Positions 1-8,582 of a DNA stretch of 32,881 bases are shown here, piece after piece. The notes below the pieces were generated by a model. That model was not told the DNA's origin. It worked only from the letters and a program-made list of their open reading frames with translations, and made no database searches. The DNA is from a virus (taxonomy: Duplodnaviria; Heunggongvirae; Uroviricota; Caudoviricetes). Where the stretch lies: the IMG/VR virus record IMGVR_UViG_2579778650_000028, one strand, 5' to 3'. Both the position numbers and the translations under genes were made by a program. How positions within the stretch are numbered: the stretch's first letter is position 1; each line of letters opens with the position of its first letter.

Positions 1-237
1 ATGATGTCTATAAATGAAGTTGTTAAACAGGACTGGCACCCCGCGCATGTTGTCGCGGCGGTGCATGTAAAAGGTTTTACTTTACGCTCTCTGTCCATTG
101 AAGCCGGTTTAAACCAGGATTCTTTAAAGAATGCCCTGTACCGCAAATGCCCAAAATATGAGCGCATTATTGCTGATGCTATTGGTGTTGCGCCGGAGGA
201 GATCTGGCCCAGCCGTTACGCTCGTAAGGTGGCATAA
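1..237 (+). CDS. ner: Ner-like DNA-binding transcriptional regulator (Ner/Nlp HTH family), 78 aa
   Basis: ORF begins at window base 1. Ner/Nlp-type signature (DWHPAHVVAAV...LRSLS...NALYRKCPK.ERIIADAIGV.PEEIWPSRY) and position directly upstream of the transposase gene. Sequence is not the Mu Ner as I recall it, so likely a D108-like or other immunity variant. Confidence 0.85.
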   Translation: MMSINEVVKQDWHPAHVVAAVHVKGFTLRSLSIEAGLNQDSLKNALYRKCPKYERIIADAIGVAPEEIWPSRYARKVA

Positions 238-239
238 AA

Positions 240-2333
240 ATGTTTGTGTCAGTTAATGAGCTTGTAGGGCTACCGGGTATGCCGGGAACTGCGCAAGGGG
301 TGCGGTATTCCATAAGGAAACTGGCCTCATCTGAGCATTTCAGGCGCAAACGTGCGGGTTCAAAAACCATTGAATACAGCATCGACTGCCTCCCTCCGGT
401 TACACAACGGGCGTTACGTGAGCGCCATGTAGCTCAACTGATGGCAACCGCCCCGCAGGAGATAACTACCCAGCCTCCTGTAAAGCGTGAACGCAAACAA
501 AATGTTGTACAGCCTGTTGAGGCATATCGCGGTTCGCCACAATTGGTAGAAGAGCGTCTGAATGCGCTTACGGAAAATCAACGTAAAGTTGCAGAAGCGC
601 GTATTGCTCTTGTCTGTGAAGTTCTACGAATTAGCCAGGAGCCGGGATTCAGTTGTGCCAGCGCTATACGTTTTATTGTGTCGCGGTTAGCGCAGGGTAA
701 CCTGGAAGAACGCCTGGAATCTTTGGTCATTACTGCTAATGCCCGTAAAGGGAAAGAGCGAACTCTGAGCGCAATTACGCTCAAACGTTGGATAGCTGCG
801 TTTAACAAAGCACAGAATGCCGCAGAACGATTGCTGTTACTGGCACCAGGAAAGCGCGACGAAATAAAACCGGAAGAAATTAGCTGGCTGCCTGAATTTC
901 TGGCGCAGTATCGTCAGGCTAACGGCAGGCCTATGTCAGAAGCATACGAGGATTTTGTCGCTGATTGGCAGCGTCGCCATGCGGACGAACCATACATGCT
1001 GGAGGTGATGCCTTCCTATGATGTTGTCCGGTATGCCATGAAAAAACTGCCGGAAGTGGTGAAACAAAAAGGGCGCGTTACCGGCAGTGAATACCGTCAG
1101 CTTGAAGGATTCACCCGCCGCGACTGGACAGCTATGCCGGTGAATTATGTCTGGATTGGTGACGGTCACGGTATGAAGCTGAAATGTGCGCATCCGGTTC
1201 ACGGGCGTCCATTTTCACCGGAAGTTACGTTTGTGATCGACGGTGGAACCCGGTTTGTGGTTGGCTGGAGTCTTGATCTTGCGGAGAACGTGTTCGCTGT
1301 TGCCGGGGCGATACAACACGGCATTCGCAATCACGGAAAACCATTCCTGTATTACTCGGATAATGGTTCCGGTGAAACGGCAGATATGCTGGATAAAGAG
1401 ATCGTCGGGATTCTGCCCCGCCTGGGGATTAACCACCCCACTGGTATTGCGGGAAATCCGCAGGGACGCGGCATTATTGAGCGCCTGAACCGGACGTTAC
1501 CGATGCGTATAGCAAGGAGGTATCGCACCTATTTCGGCAAGGGGGCTGACCGGGAATCGTTGCGAGTACTTAATCGTGATCTGCGTTCAGCGTTTAATGC
1601 CCTGCAACAGGACAAGCCACTGAGCGCCCGTCAGAAAGCCGCAATGCGCGAGCTGCCGTCTTGGTCAGAACTGATTGAGGCTATCCGTGAGGGGGTGGAG
1701 TGGTACAACAACCGCCCACATTCTGAATTGCCGATGAAACCAAACGGAAAACATTACAGCCCGGCAGAGTTCAGAAAAAAACGCTTAGCGGAAGAAGACA
1801 CTGAAATTGAGTGGCTGAGTGATATTGAGCTGCGTGACATGTTCCGCCCGATGGTGGAGCGTCCGGTAAGACGCTGCGAAATCCAGTGGCTGAACAATAT
1901 TTACTACGCGCCAGAGCTACGTGATGAACATGGTCGCAAGGTACTTATCAGCTATGACATTCACGATGCCGAGCGAATTACGGTACGCCGTAAGGACGGT
2001 AGCTTTATCTGTGAGGCGATATGGAACGGCAATAAACGCGCAGCCTTTCCTGTTACGGCTGAATATCACAAACAACAGCAACGTATTAAAGGAATGCGCA
2101 AGCGTGCTGAGGAAAAAATACGTGATGCTGAGGATGAAGGTATTCAGGTTATTGAACAAAAAACGATAGAACCCTGGCTGGATAATGTTTATCGCCCTGT
2201 TGGTAATGTGGTGACCGTTCAGCCGTTGAGGTGTGAGGAAGAGCATGATGATGAATACGAAACTGAGCGTGATGAATATCTGAATCATTCGCTGGATATT
2301 CTGGAACAGAACAGACGTAAAAAAGCCATTTAA
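240..2333 (+). CDS. A: Mu-type DDE transposase MuA, 697 aa
   Basis: Long ORF after ner with RBS-like AAGGTGG upstream. C-terminus ...DDEYETERDEYLNHSLDILEQNRRKKAI matches my recollection of the Mu A C-terminal tail (MuB/ClpX interaction). N-terminal DNA-binding region diverges from Mu. Confidence 0.95.
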   Translation: MFVSVNELVGLPGMPGTAQGVRYSIRKLASSEHFRRKRAGSKTIEYSIDCLPPVTQRALRERHVAQLMATAPQEITTQPPVKRERKQNVVQPVEAYRGSPQLVEERLNALTENQRKVAEARIALVCEVLRISQEPGFSCASAIRFIVSRLAQGNLEERLESLVITANARKGKERTLSAITLKRWIAAFNKAQNAAERLLLLAPGKRDEIKPEEISWLPEFLAQYRQANGRPMSEAYEDFVADWQRRHADEPYMLEVMPSYDVVRYAMKKLPEVVKQKGRVTGSEYRQLEGFTRRDWTAMPVNYVWIGDGHGMKLKCAHPVHGRPFSPEVTFVIDGGTRFVVGWSLDLAENVFAVAGAIQHGIRNHGKPFLYYSDNGSGETADMLDKEIVGILPRLGINHPTGIAGNPQGRGIIERLNRTLPMRIARRYRTYFGKGADRESLRVLNRDLRSAFNALQQDKPLSARQKAAMRELPSWSELIEAIREGVEWYNNRPHSELPMKPNGKHYSPAEFRKKRLAEEDTEIEWLSDIELRDMFRPMVERPVRRCEIQWLNNIYYAPELRDEHGRKVLISYDIHDAERITVRRKDGSFICEAIWNGNKRAAFPVTAEYHKQQQRIKGMRKRAEEKIRDAEDEGIQVIEQKTIEPWLDNVYRPVGNVVTVQPLRCEEEHDDEYETERDEYLNHSLDILEQNRRKKAI

Positions 2334-2371
2334 TTAACGTTTAAACAAAATTTAATTACGAGGTTATTCAG

Positions 2372-3310
2372 ATGAATATTTCCGATATTCGCGCAGAACT
2401 GCGCACGCTTGTAGAAAATGAAGAAACCACCTTTAAACAAATTGCTCTTGAGAGCGGGCTTTCTACCGGAACTATCAGTAGTTTTATCAATGATAAGTAC
2501 AACGGGGATAACGAGCGTGTTTCACAAATTCTGCAACGCTGGCTGGAAAAATATCATGCAGTTGCAGAACTACCTGAGCCGCCCCGCTTTGTGGAAACGC
2601 AGACGGTAAAACAAATCTGGACAAGTATGCGTTTTGCCAGCCTGACTGAAAGTATTGCTGTTGTATGTGGCAATCCTGGTGTGGGTAAAACCGAAGCGGC
2701 CCGTGAATATCGCCGCACCAATAACAATGTCTGGATGATCACCATTACGCCATCCTGTGCCAGCGTTCTGGAATGTCTTACTGAACTGGCGTTTGAGCTG
2801 GGAATGAATGACGCACCACGCCGTAAAGGGCCGCTCTCCCGCGCCCTGCGACGTCGCCTTGAAGGTACACAGGGGCTGGTTATCATCGACGAAGCTGATC
2901 ATCTTGGTGCCGAGGTTCTGGAAGAACTCCGCCTGTTACAGGAATCAACCCGTATTGGCCTTGTGCTGATGGGAAATCACCGGGTTTATTCAAATATGAC
3001 GGGGGGTAACAGAACGGTTGAATTTGCCCGTCTGTTTTCCCGTATTGCAAAGCGCACTGCAATTAATAAAACCAAAAAAGCCGATGTAAAAGCTATTGCG
3101 GATGCCTGGCAGATTAACGGTGAAAAAGAACTGGAGTTATTACAGCAGATTGCGCAGAAACCAGGTGCGCTTCGCATTCTGAATCATTCACTTCGCCTTG
3201 CCGCCATGACGGCTCACGGTAAAGGTGAGCGTGTTAACGAAGATTATCTGCGTCAGGCTTTCCGTGAATTAGACCTGGACGTTGATATTTCAACGCTGCT
3301 GCGTAATTAA
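2372..3310 (+). CDS. B: Mu B ATP-dependent target DNA activator (AAA+), 312 aa
   Basis: Walker A GNPGVGKTEA and Walker B LVIIDEADHL. Length and sequence match Mu B as recalled; GAGG RBS 8 nt upstream. Confidence 0.95.
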   Translation: MNISDIRAELRTLVENEETTFKQIALESGLSTGTISSFINDKYNGDNERVSQILQRWLEKYHAVAELPEPPRFVETQTVKQIWTSMRFASLTESIAVVCGNPGVGKTEAAREYRRTNNNVWMITITPSCASVLECLTELAFELGMNDAPRRKGPLSRALRRRLEGTQGLVIIDEADHLGAEVLEELRLLQESTRIGLVLMGNHRVYSNMTGGNRTVEFARLFSRIAKRTAINKTKKADVKAIADAWQINGEKELELLQQIAQKPGALRILNHSLRLAAMTAHGKGERVNEDYLRQAFRELDLDVDISTLLRN

Positions 3311-3325
3311 GAAGGAGAAGAAATT

Positions 3326-3553
3326 ATGATGGCCCGAAATATAAAAATGGCAACGGATGCGCAGAACTGGTTACAGGCGCGCGGGAGTCATGTAAATGAA
3401 TCATATCTCGGCGTGGCGCGTCCGATTCTTGAAATCACTTACCCACCGGTGGAACTGGTAAAAAACGCGGTCAGAATTATGGAGCATAAGTCCGGGGTGG
3501 CCCGTTCTGTATGGACGGCCCGTCTTAATGGTTGCCAGATTATCTGGAGATAA
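3326..3553 (+). CDS. small early protein, 75 aa, in the position of Mu kil (first gene after B)
   Basis: Strong RBS (GAAGGAGAAG) 6 nt upstream of ATG; tightly packed after B. Function inferred from position only. Confidence 0.5.
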
Positions 3554-3555
3554 CG

Positions 3556-3786
3556 ATGTGTACTAAAGCTGAAAAATATATTGAATGGGTTAAACGGGTA
3601 CAGAATAACAATGTGGCTCTGACTGCATTTAATTGCCCCAAATGCAAAGAGCAAATTATGACGCAATGCTCACCAGAAAATGAAGTATGGGACTCCTTTG
3701 CATGTTGTCCGTGGTGCAGCGCGGTTTTCTTTAAGCAGGTAAAAGGCGCGAAGGTAAAAGCCAGCGCAGTTATTCAGAATCAATAA
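3556..3786 (+). CDS. small Cys-rich (zinc-ribbon-like) early protein, about 77 aa
   Basis: ATG at 3556 preceded by GGAGA; CPKC...CCPWC motifs. Track ORF 3532..3786 uses an upstream alternative start. Confidence 0.5.
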   Translation: MCTKAEKYIEWVKRVQNNNVALTAFNCPKCKEQIMTQCSPENEVWDSFACCPWCSAVFFKQVKGAKVKASAVIQNQ

Positions 3787-3797
3787 GGAGACGCAAA

Positions 3798-4067
3798 ATG
3801 GCAAAAGTTATCTTTGAGTTTACATGGCTGGAAAGTAGTGACGGTTGCAATGGGCGCAGAGAAGTTCTGGATGCAAAAGCATGTCTTGCAGATATCTCGC
3901 CAACGGAAAATATCGGGCCTCATGATTTACTGGCAAATATCGTCCTGACTATGGCTCCTGAAATTATTAAAAAGGCCAAAGATGAGATGCTGACCACTAT
4001 GAAGAAAGTGGGTATGGAAGCTGAATGTGATTTAGTACCACATCCGGTGAATGCGGTTAAACATTAA
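3798..4067 (+). CDS. hypothetical early protein, 89 aa
   Basis: Strong RBS TAAGGAGA upstream of ATG; co-oriented and tightly packed in the early operon. Confidence 0.55.
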   Translation: MAKVIFEFTWLESSDGCNGRREVLDAKACLADISPTENIGPHDLLANIVLTMAPEIIKKAKDEMLTTMKKVGMEAECDLVPHPVNAVKH

Positions 4068-4087
4068 TTCGCAAAGGAACGCTGACA

Positions 4088-4507
4088 ATGAACGTCAAAA
4101 TCCGAAATGAAATTCAGGCATTAATCCGAATTCAGGAACGCAATAACAACGGTGGTGAATTACGCGAGTTTATTTGCGCCCGGAAAGTTGATGATTGTGG
4201 TGAAAAGACTTACCTGATTGCTTTCGACCATTACAGCATCTGTGCACGTTATTGCGGCGAAAGCATATCCCGCGCCATTGCATTTGGCGGTGCGTTCAAC
4301 GTGGATTTATGGGAGTACGTCATGGACCGGGAATACATCTGCGCATCAGACCCTGAAGCCCGTGAAATGTGGCAGCGTATCTGGCGCGATTACCGGTTAA
4401 TGGCAAAAGGCTGGGCGCGCTGCTGTTATTCCTCGCTTGCCCTGAAAGCGGTTCAGTTATCGCTGCGGCATATTCCGGCATCACTGCGCGAGCCTCTGCT
4501 GTACTGA
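4088..4507 (+). CDS. hypothetical early protein, 139 aa, several Cys
   Basis: RBS AAGGAA upstream; ORF fills the gap with no competing frame. Confidence 0.55.
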   Translation: MNVKIRNEIQALIRIQERNNNGGELREFICARKVDDCGEKTYLIAFDHYSICARYCGESISRAIAFGGAFNVDLWEYVMDREYICASDPEAREMWQRIWRDYRLMAKGWARCCYSSLALKAVQLSLRHIPASLREPLLY

Positions 4508-4807
4508 ATGGTGACTGACATGAAGTGTAATCGTAAGCGCTGGTCACGCGAAGACCGGGAATTTATCGAAGCCAACGTCGGGAAAATGACCATTGAAGAA
4601 ATGGCGGAAAAACTGAAAGTCGCCACAACCGCCCTCCGGGCACATGCCAGAAGGCACGGAATATCATTGTGTGTATACCGAATCAGTGAACACGACAAAT
4701 ATTTATGTCGTGAACTTTATAAAGAAGGACTGGATATTCATGTCATTGCCCGAAAGATGGAATTAAGCAATCGAGCTGTATCCAGCATTGTATACAGCGG
4801 ATATTAA
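4508..4807 (+). CDS. hypothetical early protein with two helix-turn-helix-like segments, 99 aa (possible start at 4520)
   Basis: Start abuts the stop of the previous ORF (TGAATG). Segments MTIEEMAEKLKVATTALRAHARRHGI and LCRELYKEGLDIHVIARKMELSNRAVSSIV look like HTH motifs. Confidence 0.5.
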   Translation: MVTDMKCNRKRWSREDREFIEANVGKMTIEEMAEKLKVATTALRAHARRHGISLCVYRISEHDKYLCRELYKEGLDIHVIARKMELSNRAVSSIVYSGY

Positions 4808-4826
4808 TTAACAGGAGCTTTAATTT

Positions 4827-5351
4827 ATGGCTAAACCAGCAAAACGTATCAAAAGTGCCGCAGCGGCTTATGTGCCACAAAACCGCGATGCGGTGATTAC
4901 CGATATTAAACGCATCGGGGATTTACAGCGCGAAGCATCACGTCTGGAAACGGAAATGAATGATGCCATCGCGGAAATTACGGAGAAATTTGCAGCCCGG
5001 ATTGCACCGATTAAAACCGATATTGAAACCCTTTCAAAAGGCGTTCAGGGATGGTGTGAAGCGAACCGCGACGAACTGACGAACGGCGGCAAAGTGAAGA
5101 CGGCGAATCTTGTCACCGGTGATGTATCGTGGCGGGTCCGTCCGCCATCAGTAAGTATTCGTGGTATGGATGCAGTGATGGAAACGCTGGAGCGTCTTGG
5201 CCTGCAACGCTTTATTCGCACGAAGCAGGAAATCAACAAGGAAGCGATTTTACTGGAACCGAAAGCGGTCGCAGGCGTTGCCGGAATTACAGTTAAATCA
5301 GGCATTGAGGATTTTTCTATTATTCCATTTGAACAGGAAGCCGGTATTTAA
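4827..5351 (+). CDS. gam: Gam, Ku-like DNA end-binding host-nuclease inhibitor, 174 aa
   Basis: Sequence (MAKPAKRIKSAAAAYVPQNRDAVITDIKRIGDLQREASRLETEMNDAIAEI...) and 174-aa length match Mu Gam as recalled; RBS AGGAG upstream. Confidence 0.9.
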   Translation: MAKPAKRIKSAAAAYVPQNRDAVITDIKRIGDLQREASRLETEMNDAIAEITEKFAARIAPIKTDIETLSKGVQGWCEANRDELTNGGKVKTANLVTGDVSWRVRPPSVSIRGMDAVMETLERLGLQRFIRTKQEINKEAILLEPKAVAGVAGITVKSGIEDFSIIPFEQEAGI

Positions 5352-5449
5352 TACCACCATTAATATTTAATTAATTCACATTCTTTTAATTATGGCGCGA
5401 TACGTCAGGGGATTGCTCGCGCCTGAAACAGATTACTGAGGAATAAAAC

Positions 5450-5980
5450 ATGGTTGATGCAAAAATTCTGAATGGTGTCAGCACATTATTACGGGCTTAC
5501 GGACGCCTGACCTGCGGAGTTCTGGCTGAAAAAATGAATATGCTGCCCTCGTCAATGGTGTATTTCCTGCGTGATGCGGTTGATGCCGGAGTGCTCACCG
5601 AATGCAACGGATTTTATGACGTTCCGCGCCCGCGTCCGACGCCGCCTGTAAGACGAAACGCAACTGAGCAGCCTGCTGTTGATGATGCGGTGTGGTGCAA
5701 CTGGCGTCGCTCATTACCCTGGGTGGAAGGTAATACCATCCCCGCGCTGGCAAAAGAGTTTGCGACGGGCGTGCTGACCTGTGAGTCAGTTCACATTGTT
5801 GCTGAGGTGGATAACAGAATGTGCGAACAGGGAATGCCCCGTTTTGTGATGGCTTATATCGATATCCGGCTGGGGCGTTTTATTTGCAGTTCCAGCGCCT
5901 GGAATATCACCGACCATGTACTGCGTTATCTCATTCTTGATTGTTCTCCGGCTCCCGCAGCGGTGCAGGAGGTGGCGTGA
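5450..5980 (+). CDS. hypothetical early protein, 176 aa, possible N-terminal winged-helix
   Basis: RBS GAGGA upstream of ATG. Domain guess is weak and comes from sequence appearance only. Confidence 0.5.
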   Translation: MVDAKILNGVSTLLRAYGRLTCGVLAEKMNMLPSSMVYFLRDAVDAGVLTECNGFYDVPRPRPTPPVRRNATEQPAVDDAVWCNWRRSLPWVEGNTIPALAKEFATGVLTCESVHIVAEVDNRMCEQGMPRFVMAYIDIRLGRFICSSSAWNITDHVLRYLILDCSPAPAAVQEVA

Positions 5981-6510
5981 TGTTTTTTAAAACGTCAAAT
6001 CCCGCAGCACTGCTGGCATGGGACCAGTTTATGGCGGACTGCCTGAAACTACGCGAAGAAGCCCGCCATCTTGATAAGGTTCTGGGTTGTGGTTGCCGGT
6101 CAGTATTCAGCACAGGTATTGGTGGGCGTCATTTTCATGGCGTGAATTTTCCGGGGAATGAGCGACCTTTCTCGCCGGAGTTGTGGACTGTACAACGCTC
6201 CGCATCAGGTAACAGTTGCAGGCCAAGAACATCGCGCATTCCTGCACATCTGCGGGAGCAGTCAAAAGAGCTGGCGAAAATATGGCAGGAGAATATTCCG
6301 GTCACTTATGCCCGTACTGACGCTCTCTTACCCGCACTGGGACTGGATTTCAGCGCAACAATATTCGGCCCGCTCCGGTGGTTCCGTGTTGGTGATGTGA
6401 TTTACGTCATGACAGGGATGACTCCCGCACAGGGCCGCATGACTGAAATCCTTTCTGACGAATTTATCCGGGCGCAAAAACAGGCGGAGGTAAACAATGG
6501 AAAACAATGA
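5980..6510 (+). CDS. hypothetical early protein, about 176 aa
   Basis: ATG at 5980 overlaps the upstream stop (TGATG) with GGAGG 8 nt upstream. Track ORF 5941..6510 begins at an upstream TTG. Confidence 0.5.
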   Translation: MFFKTSNPAALLAWDQFMADCLKLREEARHLDKVLGCGCRSVFSTGIGGRHFHGVNFPGNERPFSPELWTVQRSASGNSCRPRTSRIPAHLREQSKELAKIWQENIPVTYARTDALLPALGLDFSATIFGPLRWFRVGDVIYVMTGMTPAQGRMTEILSDEFIRAQKQAEVNNGKQ

Positions 6511-6679
6511 AACATCGTATTCGTGGCTGGGGAAATTTACCACGGTGAAACAGGAATGCCCGACCTGCGGTAATGAATCCCCTGAATATCTGAAAGAGTG
6601 CCCTCATTGTGGCGGGCAGAAATGTAACCACTGCGATATGGGCGATGACACGGCGTGCATGAATTGTGAAGGTGAGTGA
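6497..6679 (+). CDS. small double zinc-ribbon protein, 60 aa
   Basis: Four CxxC pairs (CPTCG, CPHCG, CNHC, CMNC); GGAGG RBS upstream. Confidence 0.5.
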   Translation: MENNETSYSWLGKFTTVKQECPTCGNESPEYLKECPHCGGQKCNHCDMGDDTACMNCEGE

Positions 6680-6680
6680 C

Positions 6681-6989
6681 ATGAATAATGGTGTATTTTC
6701 AAAATCAGAAGAGCTTGCCGCCCTGCTGATTGCCGGTGGTTTGCCGAAAAAAGAAGTGCATGACTTTGTGAATTTTGTATATGAGCCGTCTCATGAAAAA
6801 GCTATTGATGAGGTCATGGCGTACCGGTTTGGCATTATTGCTGAGTCACTGAGTCCTCACTGGATTATTGAAAATCTCCGCGCTATTGCTGATGGCAACG
6901 ATAAATCAGCAGCCGTTGCTGCACTGGATGTGTTACGGCAAATGAGTCTGAAATTTTATCCTGAATTTATTCTGAGGGCCGCAAAATGA
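6681..6989 (+). CDS. hypothetical early protein, about 102 aa
   Basis: ATG at 6681 directly after the upstream stop, with GAAGGTGAG upstream. Track ORF starts at GTG 6666. Confidence 0.5.
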   Translation: MNNGVFSKSEELAALLIAGGLPKKEVHDFVNFVYEPSHEKAIDEVMAYRFGIIAESLSPHWIIENLRAIADGNDKSAAVAALDVLRQMSLKFYPEFILRAAK

Positions 6990-7288
6990 ACAATGAAGAT
7001 AAATTTACTCCCCTTAATATTGATAACGTCATGGCTGAAAAAGGGATGCTGGAACGTGTTCGCGCTATCGTTGAATATGGTATTAAGCATAATCTCACCG
7101 CCAGAGAAGTCCGTGACATTATCAACCGCGAAATGAATCGTCTGGAAACAGTAGTGGCACTGCAAAATGAAACAGCCCGCGAGGAGTACATCCGCCGCAG
7201 GCTGGGGTTATCAGACCAGGATATTGTTACTGACGCTCATGTGTTTGAGGCTTTTGAGATCCGTCAGCATCTGGGTCTAACGAACTGA
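6986..7288 (+). CDS. hypothetical early protein, 100 aa
   Basis: Start overlaps the upstream stop (ATGA); co-oriented with the early operon. Confidence 0.5.
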   Translation: MNNEDKFTPLNIDNVMAEKGMLERVRAIVEYGIKHNLTAREVRDIINREMNRLETVVALQNETAREEYIRRRLGLSDQDIVTDAHVFEAFEIRQHLGLTN

Positions 7289-7493
7289 TAATGTCTTCCA
7301 TGATCTTTGACAGTTGCATGTTTTCGCGGCGGCTTGTTCTTATTGCAGGCGCATCTTTTAAAATCTCTGCTGAAGAGCTGAAAATGGCCTGGCCCTCTTC
7401 TGCGGTGATGATCGCCTTCTTCACCAGAAGGCGCACCAGTGCTGATGCAATCGCATAACCTGCAACATCATAAGGTTGTACATTATTTTCCAT
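7227..7493 (-). CDS. hypothetical 88-aa protein encoded antisense to the early operon
   Basis: Minus-strand ORF with a good Shine-Dalgarno (AGAGAGGA) about 5 nt upstream of its ATG. It covers 7289..7493, where no plus-strand ORF of 60 aa or more exists, and overlaps the 3' end of the 6986..7288 gene by 62 nt. Confidence 0.4.
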   Translation of the reverse strand: MENNVQPYDVAGYAIASALVRLLVKKAIITAEEGQAIFSSSAEILKDAPAIRTSRRENMQLSKIMEDIISSLDPDADGSQKPQTHERQ

Positions 7494-7562
7494 AAAATCC
7501 TCTCTGATTGATGTGTAAATTCAGGCGGTGTTGCAGCACCGCCTCTTTCCGGAGGTACGATC

Positions 7563-8114
7563 ATGAATCGCACATCCCTGATTAAATTAATCCATGTCGC
7601 CCGTCGGGAGCTACAACTCGACGACGACACTTACCGCGCTTTTCTGATGCAGAAAACGGGCAAAATCAGTTGCCGCGAGCTGACGGTTACGCAACTGGAA
7701 CAGGTGCTCGATGCCATGAAAGAACGCGGCTTTAAGAAGCTGAATAAACATCCACGTCGCCGCTTTAAGGGGCATGTCACGCCCCGCGAGAAGGTATACA
7801 AAGTCTGGCAGCAGATGGCAGAAGACGGTTTTATTACCGATGGCGGTGATGTGGCGCTGGATAAATATGTTCAGCGCCTGACGGCGAAACGTAATGGCGG
7901 ACAGGGTGTTTCCACGCTGGCGTGGTGTCATGGCGACACCCTGTTGATTGTTCTCGAAACTCTCAAGCAGTGGCATATCCGCTGTATTCGTGAAGCCTTT
8001 TCCCGTCACGGGCTTCCGTTGCCAGTCAGTCCGTCCGGGCGTGAACTGCGCGGCTATGATGCCATGACGGCGGCTTATGCCCGTGCCAGAAAGACACGGA
8101 GGATGGCACAATGA
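7563..8114 (+). CDS. gemA: GemA-like early regulatory protein (Mu gp16 family), 183 aa
   Basis: Position immediately upstream of mor, with stop/start overlap; length and N-terminus (MNRTSLIKLIHVARRELQLDDDTYRAFL) consistent with GemA as recalled; GGAGG RBS. Confidence 0.75.
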   Translation: MNRTSLIKLIHVARRELQLDDDTYRAFLMQKTGKISCRELTVTQLEQVLDAMKERGFKKLNKHPRRRFKGHVTPREKVYKVWQQMAEDGFITDGGDVALDKYVQRLTAKRNGGQGVSTLAWCHGDTLLIVLETLKQWHIRCIREAFSRHGLPLPVSPSGRELRGYDAMTAAYARARKTRRMAQ

Positions 8115-8500
8115 CGGAAGATTTATTTGGTGATTTGCAGGATGACACCATCCTGGCACATCTTGACAATCCCGCAGAGGATACGTCACGCTTTCCGGCA
8201 CTGCTGGCGGAGCTGAACGATTTACTGCGCGGGGAATTGTCCCGGTTAGGTGTTGACCCGGCCCATTCACTGGAGATTGTTGTGGCTATCTGTAAGCATC
8301 TGGGCGGCGGTCAGGTCTACATTCCACGCGGTCAGGTTCTGGATTCGCTTATTCGGGATTTGCGTATCTGGAATGATTTCAACGGTCGCAATGTTCACGA
8401 ACTGGCAATCCGTCATGGTGTGACATTTAACACAGTCTATAAAGCCATCCGACGAATGCGGCGTATAAAGTATCGTCAGTGTTCCCCCCCTTTGTTTTAA
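8111..8500 (+). CDS. mor: Mor, middle operon regulator (Mor/C family activator), 129 aa
   Basis: 129 aa with a C-terminal HTH; clearly paralogous to the C protein at 9479 (shared LxxxxGGxQxYIPxG...FNGRN motif); located after gemA. Confidence 0.85.
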   Translation: MTEDLFGDLQDDTILAHLDNPAEDTSRFPALLAELNDLLRGELSRLGVDPAHSLEIVVAICKHLGGGQVYIPRGQVLDSLIRDLRIWNDFNGRNVHELAIRHGVTFNTVYKAIRRMRRIKYRQCSPPLF

Positions 8501-8506
8501 ACAGTA

Positions 8507-8530
8507 AAGCCGGTTAATCCGGCTTTTTTT
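8507..8530 (+). terminator. rho-independent terminator after mor
   Basis: Hairpin AAGCCGG-TTAAT-CCGGCTT followed by a 7-T run. Confidence 0.7.
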
Positions 8531-8582
8531 ACGCCCTCAATATTCTGTTGTGACGATAAAACGTTCATGACAGGAGGGCAAC
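8531..8582 (+). promoter_or_regulatory. candidate Mor-dependent middle promoter (Pm) region
   Basis: Only intergenic DNA between the mor terminator and the next operon; Mu places Pm downstream of mor. No motif verified. Confidence 0.3.

Noticed and set aside
1917-2288. 123-aa minus-strand ORF inside the transposase gene
   Set aside because: Lies inside a strongly supported transposase reading frame; low-complexity hydrophobic translation.
7311-7469. 52-aa plus-strand ORF in the gap before gemA
   Set aside because: No RBS, and shorter than the minus-strand ORF covering the same DNA. Kept as the alternative in the antisense-gene finding.
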